Assembly: GCA_038231275.1 (NCBI GenBank) | Contig: JBBRLQ010000002.1 | Span: 576,001 to 640,000, forward strand | DNA from: Polyangiales bacterium | GTDB taxonomy: Bacteria > Myxococcota_A > Polyangia > Polyangiales > Polyangiaceae | Reading direction: 5' to 3' | Length of the DNA: 64,000 bases | Shown here: in pieces, positions 30,842-38,796 of the stretch | Layout: every line of letters starts with the position of its first letter | How positions within the stretch are numbered: position 1 is the stretch's first letter | Position numbers and translations under genes: made by a program | The notes under the pieces: generated by a model | Told to the model about the DNA's origin: nothing | Databases searched by the model: none | Seen by the model: only the letters and a program-made list of their open reading frames with translations

Positions 30842-32005
30842 CTACTTCACGCCGGCCGCGTGGCACTTCAGGCAATAGTTCGTCGTCACGTCCCCGGTCG
30901 GGTAGTTCGGGACGGGGCCTCCGCCGTCGGGCCGTGAGAGGTGCCAGGCGTCGATGGCCGGGCTGACGTGCGAGCCGAGGTGGCAGTGGATGCAGTCGGT
31001 GTTCGCGCCGCCGGCCGAAACGCCCTTCGCGAGGACGTGGCAATCCTGGCAGGTGATGCCGGGGTTCGCGTGGATGCCCGTAGTCACCGCGAACTTCGCC
31101 TCGGGGTGAGGCCCAGTGATCGCCGGCTTCCAGCCCGCCATCTGGTGGCAGTTGAGGCACGTATGCGGGAACGTCGAGTGGTTCGGGAACGTGCTCGCAT
31201 CCGCAGCCGCCTTGTGACACGCGTAGCAATCGGTCGTCGTGCCTTTGTACACGGGCGTCGGGCCCGTATGGCAGCCGACGCACGCGACGAGGACGTGCTT
31301 CCCCTGAAGCGGCCACGTGTGATTGTAGGAGCTCGGCTTCCATCCGGCTGCCGTGTGGCAATCCGAGCAGCTCGTGGAGAGCCCCTTGTGGATCGGGCTC
31401 GCCGCCTTGTCGGCATCCTTCTGGTGGCAGTCGGTGCACCCCTTGGGCGTGCCCTTGTAGAGCGGCGGATCGCCGGTGTGGCAGGAGTTGCACGGCGTGG
31501 TCGCGTGCACGCCGTCGAGCGGCCACGGATGCTGGAACGTCGACGGCTTGAACCCGACGTCGTTGTGGCAAAGCTTGCAGTCGAGCGGAAAGCCGGTGTG
31601 CTTCGGAGCGGTCGCGCCGTCGTAATCTTTTTTGTGGCACCCCTGGCAGTCCGTCGGCGTTTCGTTTGGATGGAAGCCGGTCGTGTGGCACGCCGTGCAC
31701 GTCGGGCCCACGTGCTTGTTCTGGAGCGGCCACCAGAAGTGGTTCTGCACTTGGGCGGGAACCCAGCCCTGCGTCGAGTGGCAGTCGTTGCACGTGTTCG
31801 GCAATTTGCCGACGTGCACGGGGTTCGCCGCCGCGTTGTAGCCCGCGGCGTGACACGAGTAGCACGCGGTGTTCTTCGCCTCCGCCGTGTCGTGGATGTT
31901 CTGCTGCCGGCCACACGCGAACGCGGCGACGAGCGCGGCGACGCCCAACGAAATCGTCAGGGCCGCGTGCGCTCGTCCTTTGGGGAGTGTGGCCGGTGGC
32001 TGCAT
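30842..32005 (-). CDS. 14-heme c-type cytochrome lipoprotein
   Basis: Lipobox-like AAFAC, 14 CxxCH, H.WPL.G.H triheme repeats. Start could be 32032. Confidence 0.9.
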   Translation of the reverse strand: MQPPATLPKGRAHAALTISLGVAALVAAFACGRQQNIHDTAEAKNTACYSCHAAGYNAAANPVHVGKLPNTCNDCHSTQGWVPAQVQNHFWWPLQNKHVGPTCTACHTTGFHPNETPTDCQGCHKKDYDGATAPKHTGFPLDCKLCHNDVGFKPSTFQHPWPLDGVHATTPCNSCHTGDPPLYKGTPKGCTDCHQKDADKAASPIHKGLSTSCSDCHTAAGWKPSSYNHTWPLQGKHVLVACVGCHTGPTPVYKGTTTDCYACHKAAADASTFPNHSTFPHTCLNCHQMAGWKPAITGPHPEAKFAVTTGIHANPGITCQDCHVLAKGVSAGGANTDCIHCHLGSHVSPAIDAWHLSRPDGGGPVPNYPTGDVTTNYCLKCHAAGVK

Positions 32006-32043
32006 CTCGTTCCGTTGCCTCGATGAGTCCACCTAGCCGCGGC

Positions 32044-35000
32044 TCACCACTTCGAGGCGCCGTGGCATGTGCTCGTGCACGCCAACGTCGTCGTATTGTA
32101 CGTCGTCATCTTCGGGCCCGCGACGTCCTTCACCCCATTGAGGTGAAGGGTCATGTTGACGGTGCCCGCCCCGTTCTTGTGAGTGTAGCCGGTGCCGTGG
32201 CAATCGCCGCATACGTTGCCGCTGTGCGTGCCGTGCTTACCCGTGCTCGGCGGCGTGGTGTGGCAGGAGCCGCAGACCATCGCTCCGCCGGTCCAGGACG
32301 GCGCGAAGGCGGTGGTGCCACCGGGGAAGTCGCCGTGGCAATACGAGTTCGTGCAGGTGGTGCCGTTCCACGCGGGGACGACGCCTCCGGTCTTCGCGAA
32401 CGCGCCGAAGTTCACCTGCACGACGCCGTCGCTGTGGAGGTTGGTCGACGGGACGGCGTGGCAGTCGTTGCACTGCACCGGCTTGGCGGCGAATGTGGCC
32501 TTGTTCAAGTGGCCCTGGTGAGCGCCGACCGCGAGGGTCGTCGTCGCGGTCTCGCCCTTGGTGCCGAGCGGAGGCGCCGAGGTCTGGCGGGTGTCGGCGC
32601 CTGCGATTCCGACGCGCGTGCCGTCGCCGTGGCACGAGTAGCAGCTGAGCGAGCTCTGATCGACATCGATGACGCCGTTGATGTGCGTCGTCTTGTTGAC
32701 CGTTTTGCCAGTCGCCGAATAACCGGCGCCGTGGCACGCGGAGCAAACGATCGCGGGGTTCGCGTGCGGCGGAGTGGCGGGAGGCGCTCCGTGGCACGAG
32801 GCGCACCCGATGGTGAGGTTGGTCCACGTCGCCGTGGCGTTCGCGCCGCCGGAGAAGTCGCCGTGACAGTACGACGTCGTGCACGTCGCGCCGCTCCACA
32901 CCGGCGTCACACCGCCGGTCTTGGCGAGCGTGCCCCAGGACATGTCCACCTTGCCGTTGCTGTGGCTGTTGCTGATCGGGACCACGTGGCACTCGTTGCA
33001 CTGGGTGGGCGTGGCGAACGTTCCGGTGTTGACGTGGCCGTCGTGCGCGCCGACCGCGCGCGTCGAGGTCGCGGTTTCACCCTTCGAGCCGTTCGGCGGC
33101 GACGCCTTCACCTGAGGATCGGCGCCTGCAACGCCCGCGCGCGCCGTCGTGCCGTGGCACGAGCTGCACGTCATCGTGGTCTGGTCGACGTCGATGACGC
33201 CGTTGATGTGGGTGGTCTTGTTGACCGTCTTCGCGGTCGCGTCGTAGCCAGCGCCGTGGCACGACGCGCACGGGGTCGCCGGGTTCGTGTGCGCCGGAGT
33301 CGCGGGCGGCAACGCGTGGCACGAGCCGCACGTGACCGTCCCGGTGCCCGTCCAGGTTGGCGCGGCCGCGGTGTTTCCACCGGTGAAGTTGCCGTGACAG
33401 TACGACGCCGTGCACGACGTTCCGTTGAACGCCGGAGCGACGCCGCCCGTCTTGGCGAGCGCACCGAAGAGCATGTCGATCTTGCCGTTGCTGTGCGCCG
33501 TGCTGATCGGAACGACGTGGCACTCGTTGCACTGGATCGGTGTGCTGAAGGTCCCCGTGTTGACGTGCGCTTGGTGCGCGCCGACCGGGAGCGTCGATCC
33601 CGCAGGCGAGACCGGTGGAGACGCCGCCACATCCAAGTCCGCGCCGGCCACGCCAACGCGCGTCGCCGTCCCGTGGCACGAGGTGCACGTGAGGTTGCCG
33701 TTGCCGGTGGGCGTGTCGATGACGCCGTTGATGTGCGTGGGCTTGTTGACGGTCTTCGCCGTCGCGTCGTAGCCGGCGCCGTGGCAGGTCGCGCACGGAG
33801 TCGCGGGGTTCCCGTGCGGCGCGACGCCGGGGTTGGGCGGCAACGCGTGGCACGAGCCGCACGCCTGCGCGCCGGGAACCGCCCACGACGGAGTGTTCGC
33901 GTTGGCGCCGCCGGTGAAGTTGCCGTGGCAGTAGTTGTTGCAGCCGGTGCCGTTCCACGTCGGCACGGCGCCCGCGGTCTTCGCCAACGCGCCGAACAGA
34001 ATGTCCACGACGCCGTTGCTGTGGTTCATGCTCGTCGGCACGACGTGGCAATCCGCGCACTGCAGCGGCTTGCCGGTGAGATCGAGGGCATTGACGTGCG
34101 CCGCGTGCGCGCCGACCGCGCGCGTCGTGGCGAGCGTCTCGCCCTTCGAGCCGATCGGCGGCGCCGACTTGATGTTCGGATCTGCGCCCGCGACGCCGAC
34201 GCGGGTGAGATCGCCGTGGCACGAGCTGCACGTGGCCGACGTAGTGTTCACGTTGACGGCGCCGTCGATGTGCGTCGCCTTGTTGACCGTCTTCGCGGTC
34301 GCCGAGTAGCCCGCGCCGTGGCAGGTGGAGCACTCCATCGCCGGGTTCGAGTGCGGCGGCGTCGGGGGCGGCGTTCCGTGGCACGAGCCGCAGTTCATCG
34401 GCCCGCTGGTCCACACCGGGGCCGACGTCGTCGCGCCTCCGGGGAAGTTGCCGTGGCAATAGCTGCTCGTGCAGGAGTTGCCGTCCCACACGGGAGACGC
34501 GCCCGCGGTCTTCGCCATGCCACCGAACGCGATGTCCACGATGCCGTTGCTGTGCGACATGGCCGTGGGGATGACGTGGCAGTCCGCGCATTGGAGCGGA
34601 TTGGCAGACCAGTCGGATTTGTTCACGTGCGCTTGGTGCGCGCCGACGGCGCGATCGGTCGTGAGGACCTCGCCGTTGGTGCCCTTCGGCGGAGCCACCT
34701 TCAGGCTCGGATCGGCGCCCGCGATGGCGACGCGCGTGGCGTCACCGTGGCACGTCGTGCACGTCGCGTTCGGGGGAACCGCGCCGGCGCAGAACCCGAC
34801 GTAGTCGGCCTGCATCCACGCTTCGAACGCCTGGAGCTCGGCGGCCGTGGCGGGGTTGTTGAATGCCGACGGCGGCATCGGCGTCTGGATCTGCTGCATC
34901 CTCTCGAACGCGACCTCTCCGACGGTCTTGCTCTTGTCCACGGTCGACCACTGGACCATGTCGGCCGCGGTCATGAGCGGGACGAGCGCGCCGCCCGCCG

Positions 35001-35271
35001 GCGGGTTCGAGTGACACACCTGGCATTTGGTGGTGAGGAGCGTCTTCACCTCGCACGTGAAGCCCGCGCCTTTCGGCAGCTGCGCCACCGGCCGGGGCGG
35101 ACCGCCGAGCTCGTTCGGAATGCGATTCGCAGCCGTCGGCCCGGGGACTCCGATCCCGTCGGCGCCCGCATCCTGCGCGCCCGCGTCGTCGGATTTGGCG
35201 CTGCACCCGAAGAGGAGCGCGCAGGCGACGAGGCCGGCGGCGAACCATGCGAAGGGCGAGCGGACGACCAT
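32044..35271 (-). CDS. Giant CxxxxCH/CxxCH-type multiheme cytochrome lipoprotein (27 motifs)
   Basis: Lipobox LFGC. 21 CxxCH, 4 CX4CH and 2 CX3CH. Five tandem pentaheme repeats. Confidence 0.92.
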   Translation of the reverse strand: MVVRSPFAWFAAGLVACALLFGCSAKSDDAGAQDAGADGIGVPGPTAANRIPNELGGPPRPVAQLPKGAGFTCEVKTLLTTKCQVCHSNPPAGGALVPLMTAADMVQWSTVDKSKTVGEVAFERMQQIQTPMPPSAFNNPATAAELQAFEAWMQADYVGFCAGAVPPNATCTTCHGDATRVAIAGADPSLKVAPPKGTNGEVLTTDRAVGAHQAHVNKSDWSANPLQCADCHVIPTAMSHSNGIVDIAFGGMAKTAGASPVWDGNSCTSSYCHGNFPGGATTSAPVWTSGPMNCGSCHGTPPPTPPHSNPAMECSTCHGAGYSATAKTVNKATHIDGAVNVNTTSATCSSCHGDLTRVGVAGADPNIKSAPPIGSKGETLATTRAVGAHAAHVNALDLTGKPLQCADCHVVPTSMNHSNGVVDILFGALAKTAGAVPTWNGTGCNNYCHGNFTGGANANTPSWAVPGAQACGSCHALPPNPGVAPHGNPATPCATCHGAGYDATAKTVNKPTHINGVIDTPTGNGNLTCTSCHGTATRVGVAGADLDVAASPPVSPAGSTLPVGAHQAHVNTGTFSTPIQCNECHVVPISTAHSNGKIDMLFGALAKTGGVAPAFNGTSCTASYCHGNFTGGNTAAAPTWTGTGTVTCGSCHALPPATPAHTNPATPCASCHGAGYDATAKTVNKTTHINGVIDVDQTTMTCSSCHGTTARAGVAGADPQVKASPPNGSKGETATSTRAVGAHDGHVNTGTFATPTQCNECHVVPISNSHSNGKVDMSWGTLAKTGGVTPVWSGATCTTSYCHGDFSGGANATATWTNLTIGCASCHGAPPATPPHANPAIVCSACHGAGYSATGKTVNKTTHINGVIDVDQSSLSCYSCHGDGTRVGIAGADTRQTSAPPLGTKGETATTTLAVGAHQGHLNKATFAAKPVQCNDCHAVPSTNLHSDGVVQVNFGAFAKTGGVVPAWNGTTCTNSYCHGDFPGGTTAFAPSWTGGAMVCGSCHTTPPSTGKHGTHSGNVCGDCHGTGYTHKNGAGTVNMTLHLNGVKDVAGPKMTTYNTTTLACTSTCHGASKW
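32130..34770 (-). repeat. Five tandem intragenic repeats of about 520-545 bp (pentaheme unit)
   Basis: Units start near 34765, 34233, 33690, 33171 and 32647, each CxxCHG...GAH..H...CxxCH...HSNG...CX3-4CHG...CxxCH...CxxCHG.GY...H(I/L)(N/D)G. Confidence 0.9.
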
Positions 35272-35331
35272 GGTGTCCGTGAGTGCCGCGGGCTCTCCGA
35301 AAGGTTGCACCAACGTTGGCGGAAAATCGCC

Positions 35332-35370
35332 ACGGGTGGATCCACCCGTATCCAGGATCGCTTACGATCC
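35332..35370. promoter_or_regulatory. Two adjacent palindromes upstream of the 27-heme gene
   Basis: ACGGGTGGATCCACCCGT (35332-35349, perfect 18-mer) and GGATCG-CTTA-CGATCC (35355-35370). Confidence 0.45.
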
Positions 35371-35390
35371 AACGAAATTCGGCCGATTTT

Positions 35391-36125
35391 TCAATGTTGC
35401 ACGAGGGTCCCCATCATCGTGTCGAACTCGGCGCGCGCCGCGAGGACCGTCTTCGCCGGGCCGGTGATCTTGAAAAAGTGGGGCATTCCGGCCGTCGCGA
35501 CGATGGACCCGAGCAACGCCCAGCCCGCGCCGCCATCCTTCCCCATGCCGCCTTCGAACTTGCCCTGGACCTCGACGATCGTGACGGCGAGCGCGCCGAC
35601 GTTGCGTGTGCTGCGCTTCGCCGTCTTGCGCGATTCGGCGTCGAACTGGCCGACCCATCTGTCCGCGTTCGCTTCGACCGAGCCGCCTGCTTGCGTGATC
35701 GAGAGCTCCGCGTCCTCGGTGTCCCCCGGCGCGCGCGGCACGCGGTAGGTGGCGAGGCGCATCGTGCTCGCGTTCGGAACGAGCACCCACCGCGCCGGCG
35801 CCTTGTACTCGAGCGACGACTGCGCTCCGGCGGGAGACGGATTCAGCTGCGAGCCCGTGGGATCCAGCGGATCGACCGCAGGATGCCCCGCCGGCAACGG
35901 CTGCGCGCCCATCGGATCGGCGCCGCCCGTCGGCGGGTGCCCGGGCGGCAGCGGCTGGTCGTTGTCGACGAACGGCATCGCCGCAGGCGGCGGGCTCGAC
36001 GGAGGAGACGTGGACATCGCCTCTGAGGCAGGCGGCGCCATCGATTTACCTGCGGCGAACGCAGCCGCAGAGGCGATGGCGACGAGGGCGAAGACCGAGG
36101 GGAGGCTGAGGCGCACATTGGTCAT
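35391..36125 (-). CDS. Exported hypothetical protein with two LP(P/A)GHP motifs
   Basis: Signal peptide, PLPPGHPP and PLPAGHP, globular domain P..W...MRLATY...GGSVEANADRWVGQF...FFKITGP. Confidence 0.75.
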   Translation of the reverse strand: MTNVRLSLPSVFALVAIASAAAFAAGKSMAPPASEAMSTSPPSSPPPAAMPFVDNDQPLPPGHPPTGGADPMGAQPLPAGHPAVDPLDPTGSQLNPSPAGAQSSLEYKAPARWVLVPNASTMRLATYRVPRAPGDTEDAELSITQAGGSVEANADRWVGQFDAESRKTAKRSTRNVGALAVTIVEVQGKFEGGMGKDGGAGWALLGSIVATAGMPHFFKITGPAKTVLAARAEFDTMMGTLVQH

Positions 36126-36255
36126 GACGTTAAGTGCATCCTACCGTCAGTTTTGCTCCACCGTTGTTCGCAGAATCTCCGTGATCCATCTTTGGGGATC
36201 GGAGTCGCGGCCTGCTACTGAGTAAATAAGGTGGAACATGGTGGAGAACGACCCG

Positions 36256-36906
36256 ATGAAGACGAAGAGGCGTGCGCTCCGTGACTCGTTCATGCACATG
36301 TGGCCCCTCGTGCTCGCCGTACCGCTCTCTGCGCTCGCGTGCAGCAGCAGCAGCGCCAGCAAGTCCCAACCGGGCAACGATGGCGGCGCGCCGGGAGACG
36401 ACGGTGGCCTGGCCGACGGCGCCGCAGGGGACGGCGGGCACGGCGATCTCGACGCGGGGATCGATCCGTCGCTCAACCCCGATCCCAAGGACCTCGACCC
36501 GACCAACGGCGACCCGTCGCTCGACATCGGTGGCTCGCAGATCTACTTCGACAAGGGCGCTCCGTGGGTGCGCGTCGAGTTTTACGGGGCGTGGCCGCCG
36601 GCCGCGACGGTGTACTCGTGGGCGTGCTCGGTGATCCTCGGCACGCAGAACGCGCCCGTGGTCACCTACACGGTTCAGTCCACGAAGGGAAAGCAGACCG
36701 ATGCCGTCGACGGAATGGACAAGGCGAAGGTCACGCTCGCCGTCGAGCCGAGGGGCTTCCGCGTGCTGCTCGGGGACGCGACGCTCGTGTTCGATCGCTA
36801 CGCCCTCGAGTGCAACGTCGAGTCGACGGACACCGGCACGATGGTCCAGGACACGAGCGGCTCCTTCGTCATCACCACGAAAATCGATCGCGCCTTCGGA
36901 CCCTGA
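36256..36906 (+). CDS. Hypothetical lipoprotein
   Basis: Lipobox ALAC, DGG-rich linker, beta-rich domain. Confidence 0.65.
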   Translation: MKTKRRALRDSFMHMWPLVLAVPLSALACSSSSASKSQPGNDGGAPGDDGGLADGAAGDGGHGDLDAGIDPSLNPDPKDLDPTNGDPSLDIGGSQIYFDKGAPWVRVEFYGAWPPAATVYSWACSVILGTQNAPVVTYTVQSTKGKQTDAVDGMDKAKVTLAVEPRGFRVLLGDATLVFDRYALECNVESTDTGTMVQDTSGSFVITTKIDRAFGP

Positions 36907-36942
36907 CGCGAATCGAACGGACGCCCTCTTCGAGCGTCGGTC

Positions 36943-38286
36943 TTACTTCGACAACGGCTCTCCGTAGAGCGTTCGTATCCCGATTCCCATGCTCTTCAAG
37001 AAGTCGAAGGGCGGAATCGTCCCCATGAACAGGATGATGTAGTCGTTCGGGATCTCGACGCGCTCGCCCTTCTTGTCGAGGACCAACCTGTCCGGATGGA
37101 TCTCCTTCACGCCGGTCGAGTAGAAAATGTGGACGAGCCCGGCCTTCTCCATCTGCTCGATTTTGATCTTGTTGTCGTCTTTGCAACGTGAGAGCGCGTC
37201 TCCACGCACGAGCAGGTGGACGGTGTTCCCGAGCTTCTGATCTCCCACGCGCTGCGCCGCCTCGACCGCCGAGTCGCCGGCGCCGACGACGACGATCTTG
37301 CACCCCTGGTACTGCTCGGGGTCGCTCAGCTTGAAGGTGACCTTCTCGGTGTCCTCGTTCGGTAGCCCGAGCTTCCTCGGCGTGCCGCCCACGCCGACCG
37401 CGAGGATGACCTTCCTCGCGCGCACGATCCCGGCGCTCGTCTCGACCTCGAAAACCTTTCCGTTGGTCTTCGCGTTGACGAACTTCACGCGCTCGTCGAC
37501 TTGGAGGCCCACCTTCGCGCAGACGTCCTTCCAGTACTTGAGGAGGTCCTCCTTCACGATGCGGTTCTTCGGAAAGCTCATTTTCCCGATGAGCGGCAGC
37601 GCGGCGGGGTGGCTCATGACCAACTTTTGGCGGGGGAAGTTGTAGACGGTGCCGCCGAACGTATTTTGCTCGATGCAGCGGAACTTGGCCTTGAGCTCGA
37701 TGCACTTCAGCGACGCCGCGATCCCCGCGGGGCCCGCGCCGACGACGAGGACGTCCACGTCGGCGGGAGCGGACCTGTCCAGGTTGGCGACCGCGTGGGT
37801 CGCCGCGTAGACGCCTTGCTTGATCGCGTTGGCGATGAGGCCCATCCCTCCGAGCTCGCCGGCGATGTAGAGACCGTGGACGTTCGTCTCGTAGTTCTCG
37901 TTGTAGTCGGGGACCTGCTTGCCGGTCTTCTCGCTGCCGAAGACCATCGTGATCGCGTCGACGGGGCACGAGCGGTAGCAGAGCGTGTGGCCCACGCACT
38001 TGGTGGGGCTCACCAGCGCGGGTAGGCCGTTGACCATCTGCAAGATGTCCCCTTCGGGACAGACCTGAGTGCAAATGCCGCAGCCCGAGCACTTGTCGAG
38101 ATCGATCTTCGGGTAGAGGGCGTACGCGTCCGTCTTGCCGGACTTGATGGTGGCTTGGAGCTTCTCTTCGGCCTTCTTATTTGCCTTCGCTCGGCGCCTT
38201 CCAAATATCGCGTAGATCACGATGGTGACGAGGATCACCAGGACGACCGACAGACTGGTCTTGCTCAGGTTCGCTAAGAAATGCAT
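36943..38286 (-). CDS. Membrane-anchored 2x[4Fe-4S] ferredoxin fused to a TrxR-fold FAD/NAD(P) oxidoreductase
   Basis: N-terminal TM helix, CSGCGICTQVCP, CVGHTLCYRSCP, VVGAGPAG, VVGAGDSAVE. No redox CxxC in the flavin domain. Confidence 0.88.
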   Translation of the reverse strand: MHFLANLSKTSLSVVLVILVTIVIYAIFGRRRAKANKKAEEKLQATIKSGKTDAYALYPKIDLDKCSGCGICTQVCPEGDILQMVNGLPALVSPTKCVGHTLCYRSCPVDAITMVFGSEKTGKQVPDYNENYETNVHGLYIAGELGGMGLIANAIKQGVYAATHAVANLDRSAPADVDVLVVGAGPAGIAASLKCIELKAKFRCIEQNTFGGTVYNFPRQKLVMSHPAALPLIGKMSFPKNRIVKEDLLKYWKDVCAKVGLQVDERVKFVNAKTNGKVFEVETSAGIVRARKVILAVGVGGTPRKLGLPNEDTEKVTFKLSDPEQYQGCKIVVVGAGDSAVEAAQRVGDQKLGNTVHLLVRGDALSRCKDDNKIKIEQMEKAGLVHIFYSTGVKEIHPDRLVLDKKGERVEIPNDYIILFMGTIPPFDFLKSMGIGIRTLYGEPLSK

Positions 38287-38708
38287 CTCACGACCTCACC
38301 GTCCTTCGAAAATTCCAGCGTCACGAGGGGATCGTAGAGGGTCTCCTTGTACTTCCACTTCTTGCTCGCCCACGGGTTCCACGAGGAGTGCGCGGCGAGC
38401 GTCATCGTGCGGACCGTGCCGCTCTCGTGGAAGTCGAGCGGCGCGTTCGCCTTGACGTGAGCCATGACCCCGTAGGCGTCCAGCGTCGCCTCCTCGCAGA
38501 GGACGCACGACTTCAAGGTCCCGTCGGGGAAGAACTTCACGGCGTCACCCGCCCTCAGCTTCACCTGACTCTTGGCGATCATCCACTCGGTGTCGATCTC
38601 CGGCACGAACGATTTGTAGCTGCCGTCCGGGTAGAGCTCGACGTGAGTATAGCCCGAGTTGTCCACCCAGTTCGTGGCGTCCTTCTTCTTCTCGTCTTCC
38701 TCGCCCAT
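38274..38708 (-). CDS. Hypothetical cytoplasmic protein
   Basis: Coding-like codon use, repeated (Y/F)..DG..KS motifs, overlaps the oxidoreductase start by 13 bp. Confidence 0.65.
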   Translation of the reverse strand: MGEEDEKKKDATNWVDNSGYTHVELYPDGSYKSFVPEIDTEWMIAKSQVKLRAGDAVKFFPDGTLKSCVLCEEATLDAYGVMAHVKANAPLDFHESGTVRTMTLAAHSSWNPWASKKWKYKETLYDPLVTLEFSKDGEVVRCIS

Positions 38709-38796
38709 GGTGCCCCCGCGCGTCCGCGTCAGGCTTCACGTTACCGCGAGGCATGGCACCACGACAGCTCCGGCTCGGATGGGCGCGCGGTCAGGG

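Noticed and set aside
32044-35271. Assignment as OmcS/OmcZ/MtrC or hydroxylamine oxidoreductase
   Set aside because: Size, motif number and repeat layout do not match, so no gene symbol was given.
31666-35748. 1360-aa repetitive plus-strand ORF
   Set aside because: Mirror of the repeated cytochrome gene.
36943-38286. Thioredoxin reductase (trxB)
   Set aside because: Lacks the redox CxxC and carries a TM anchor and ferredoxin domain.
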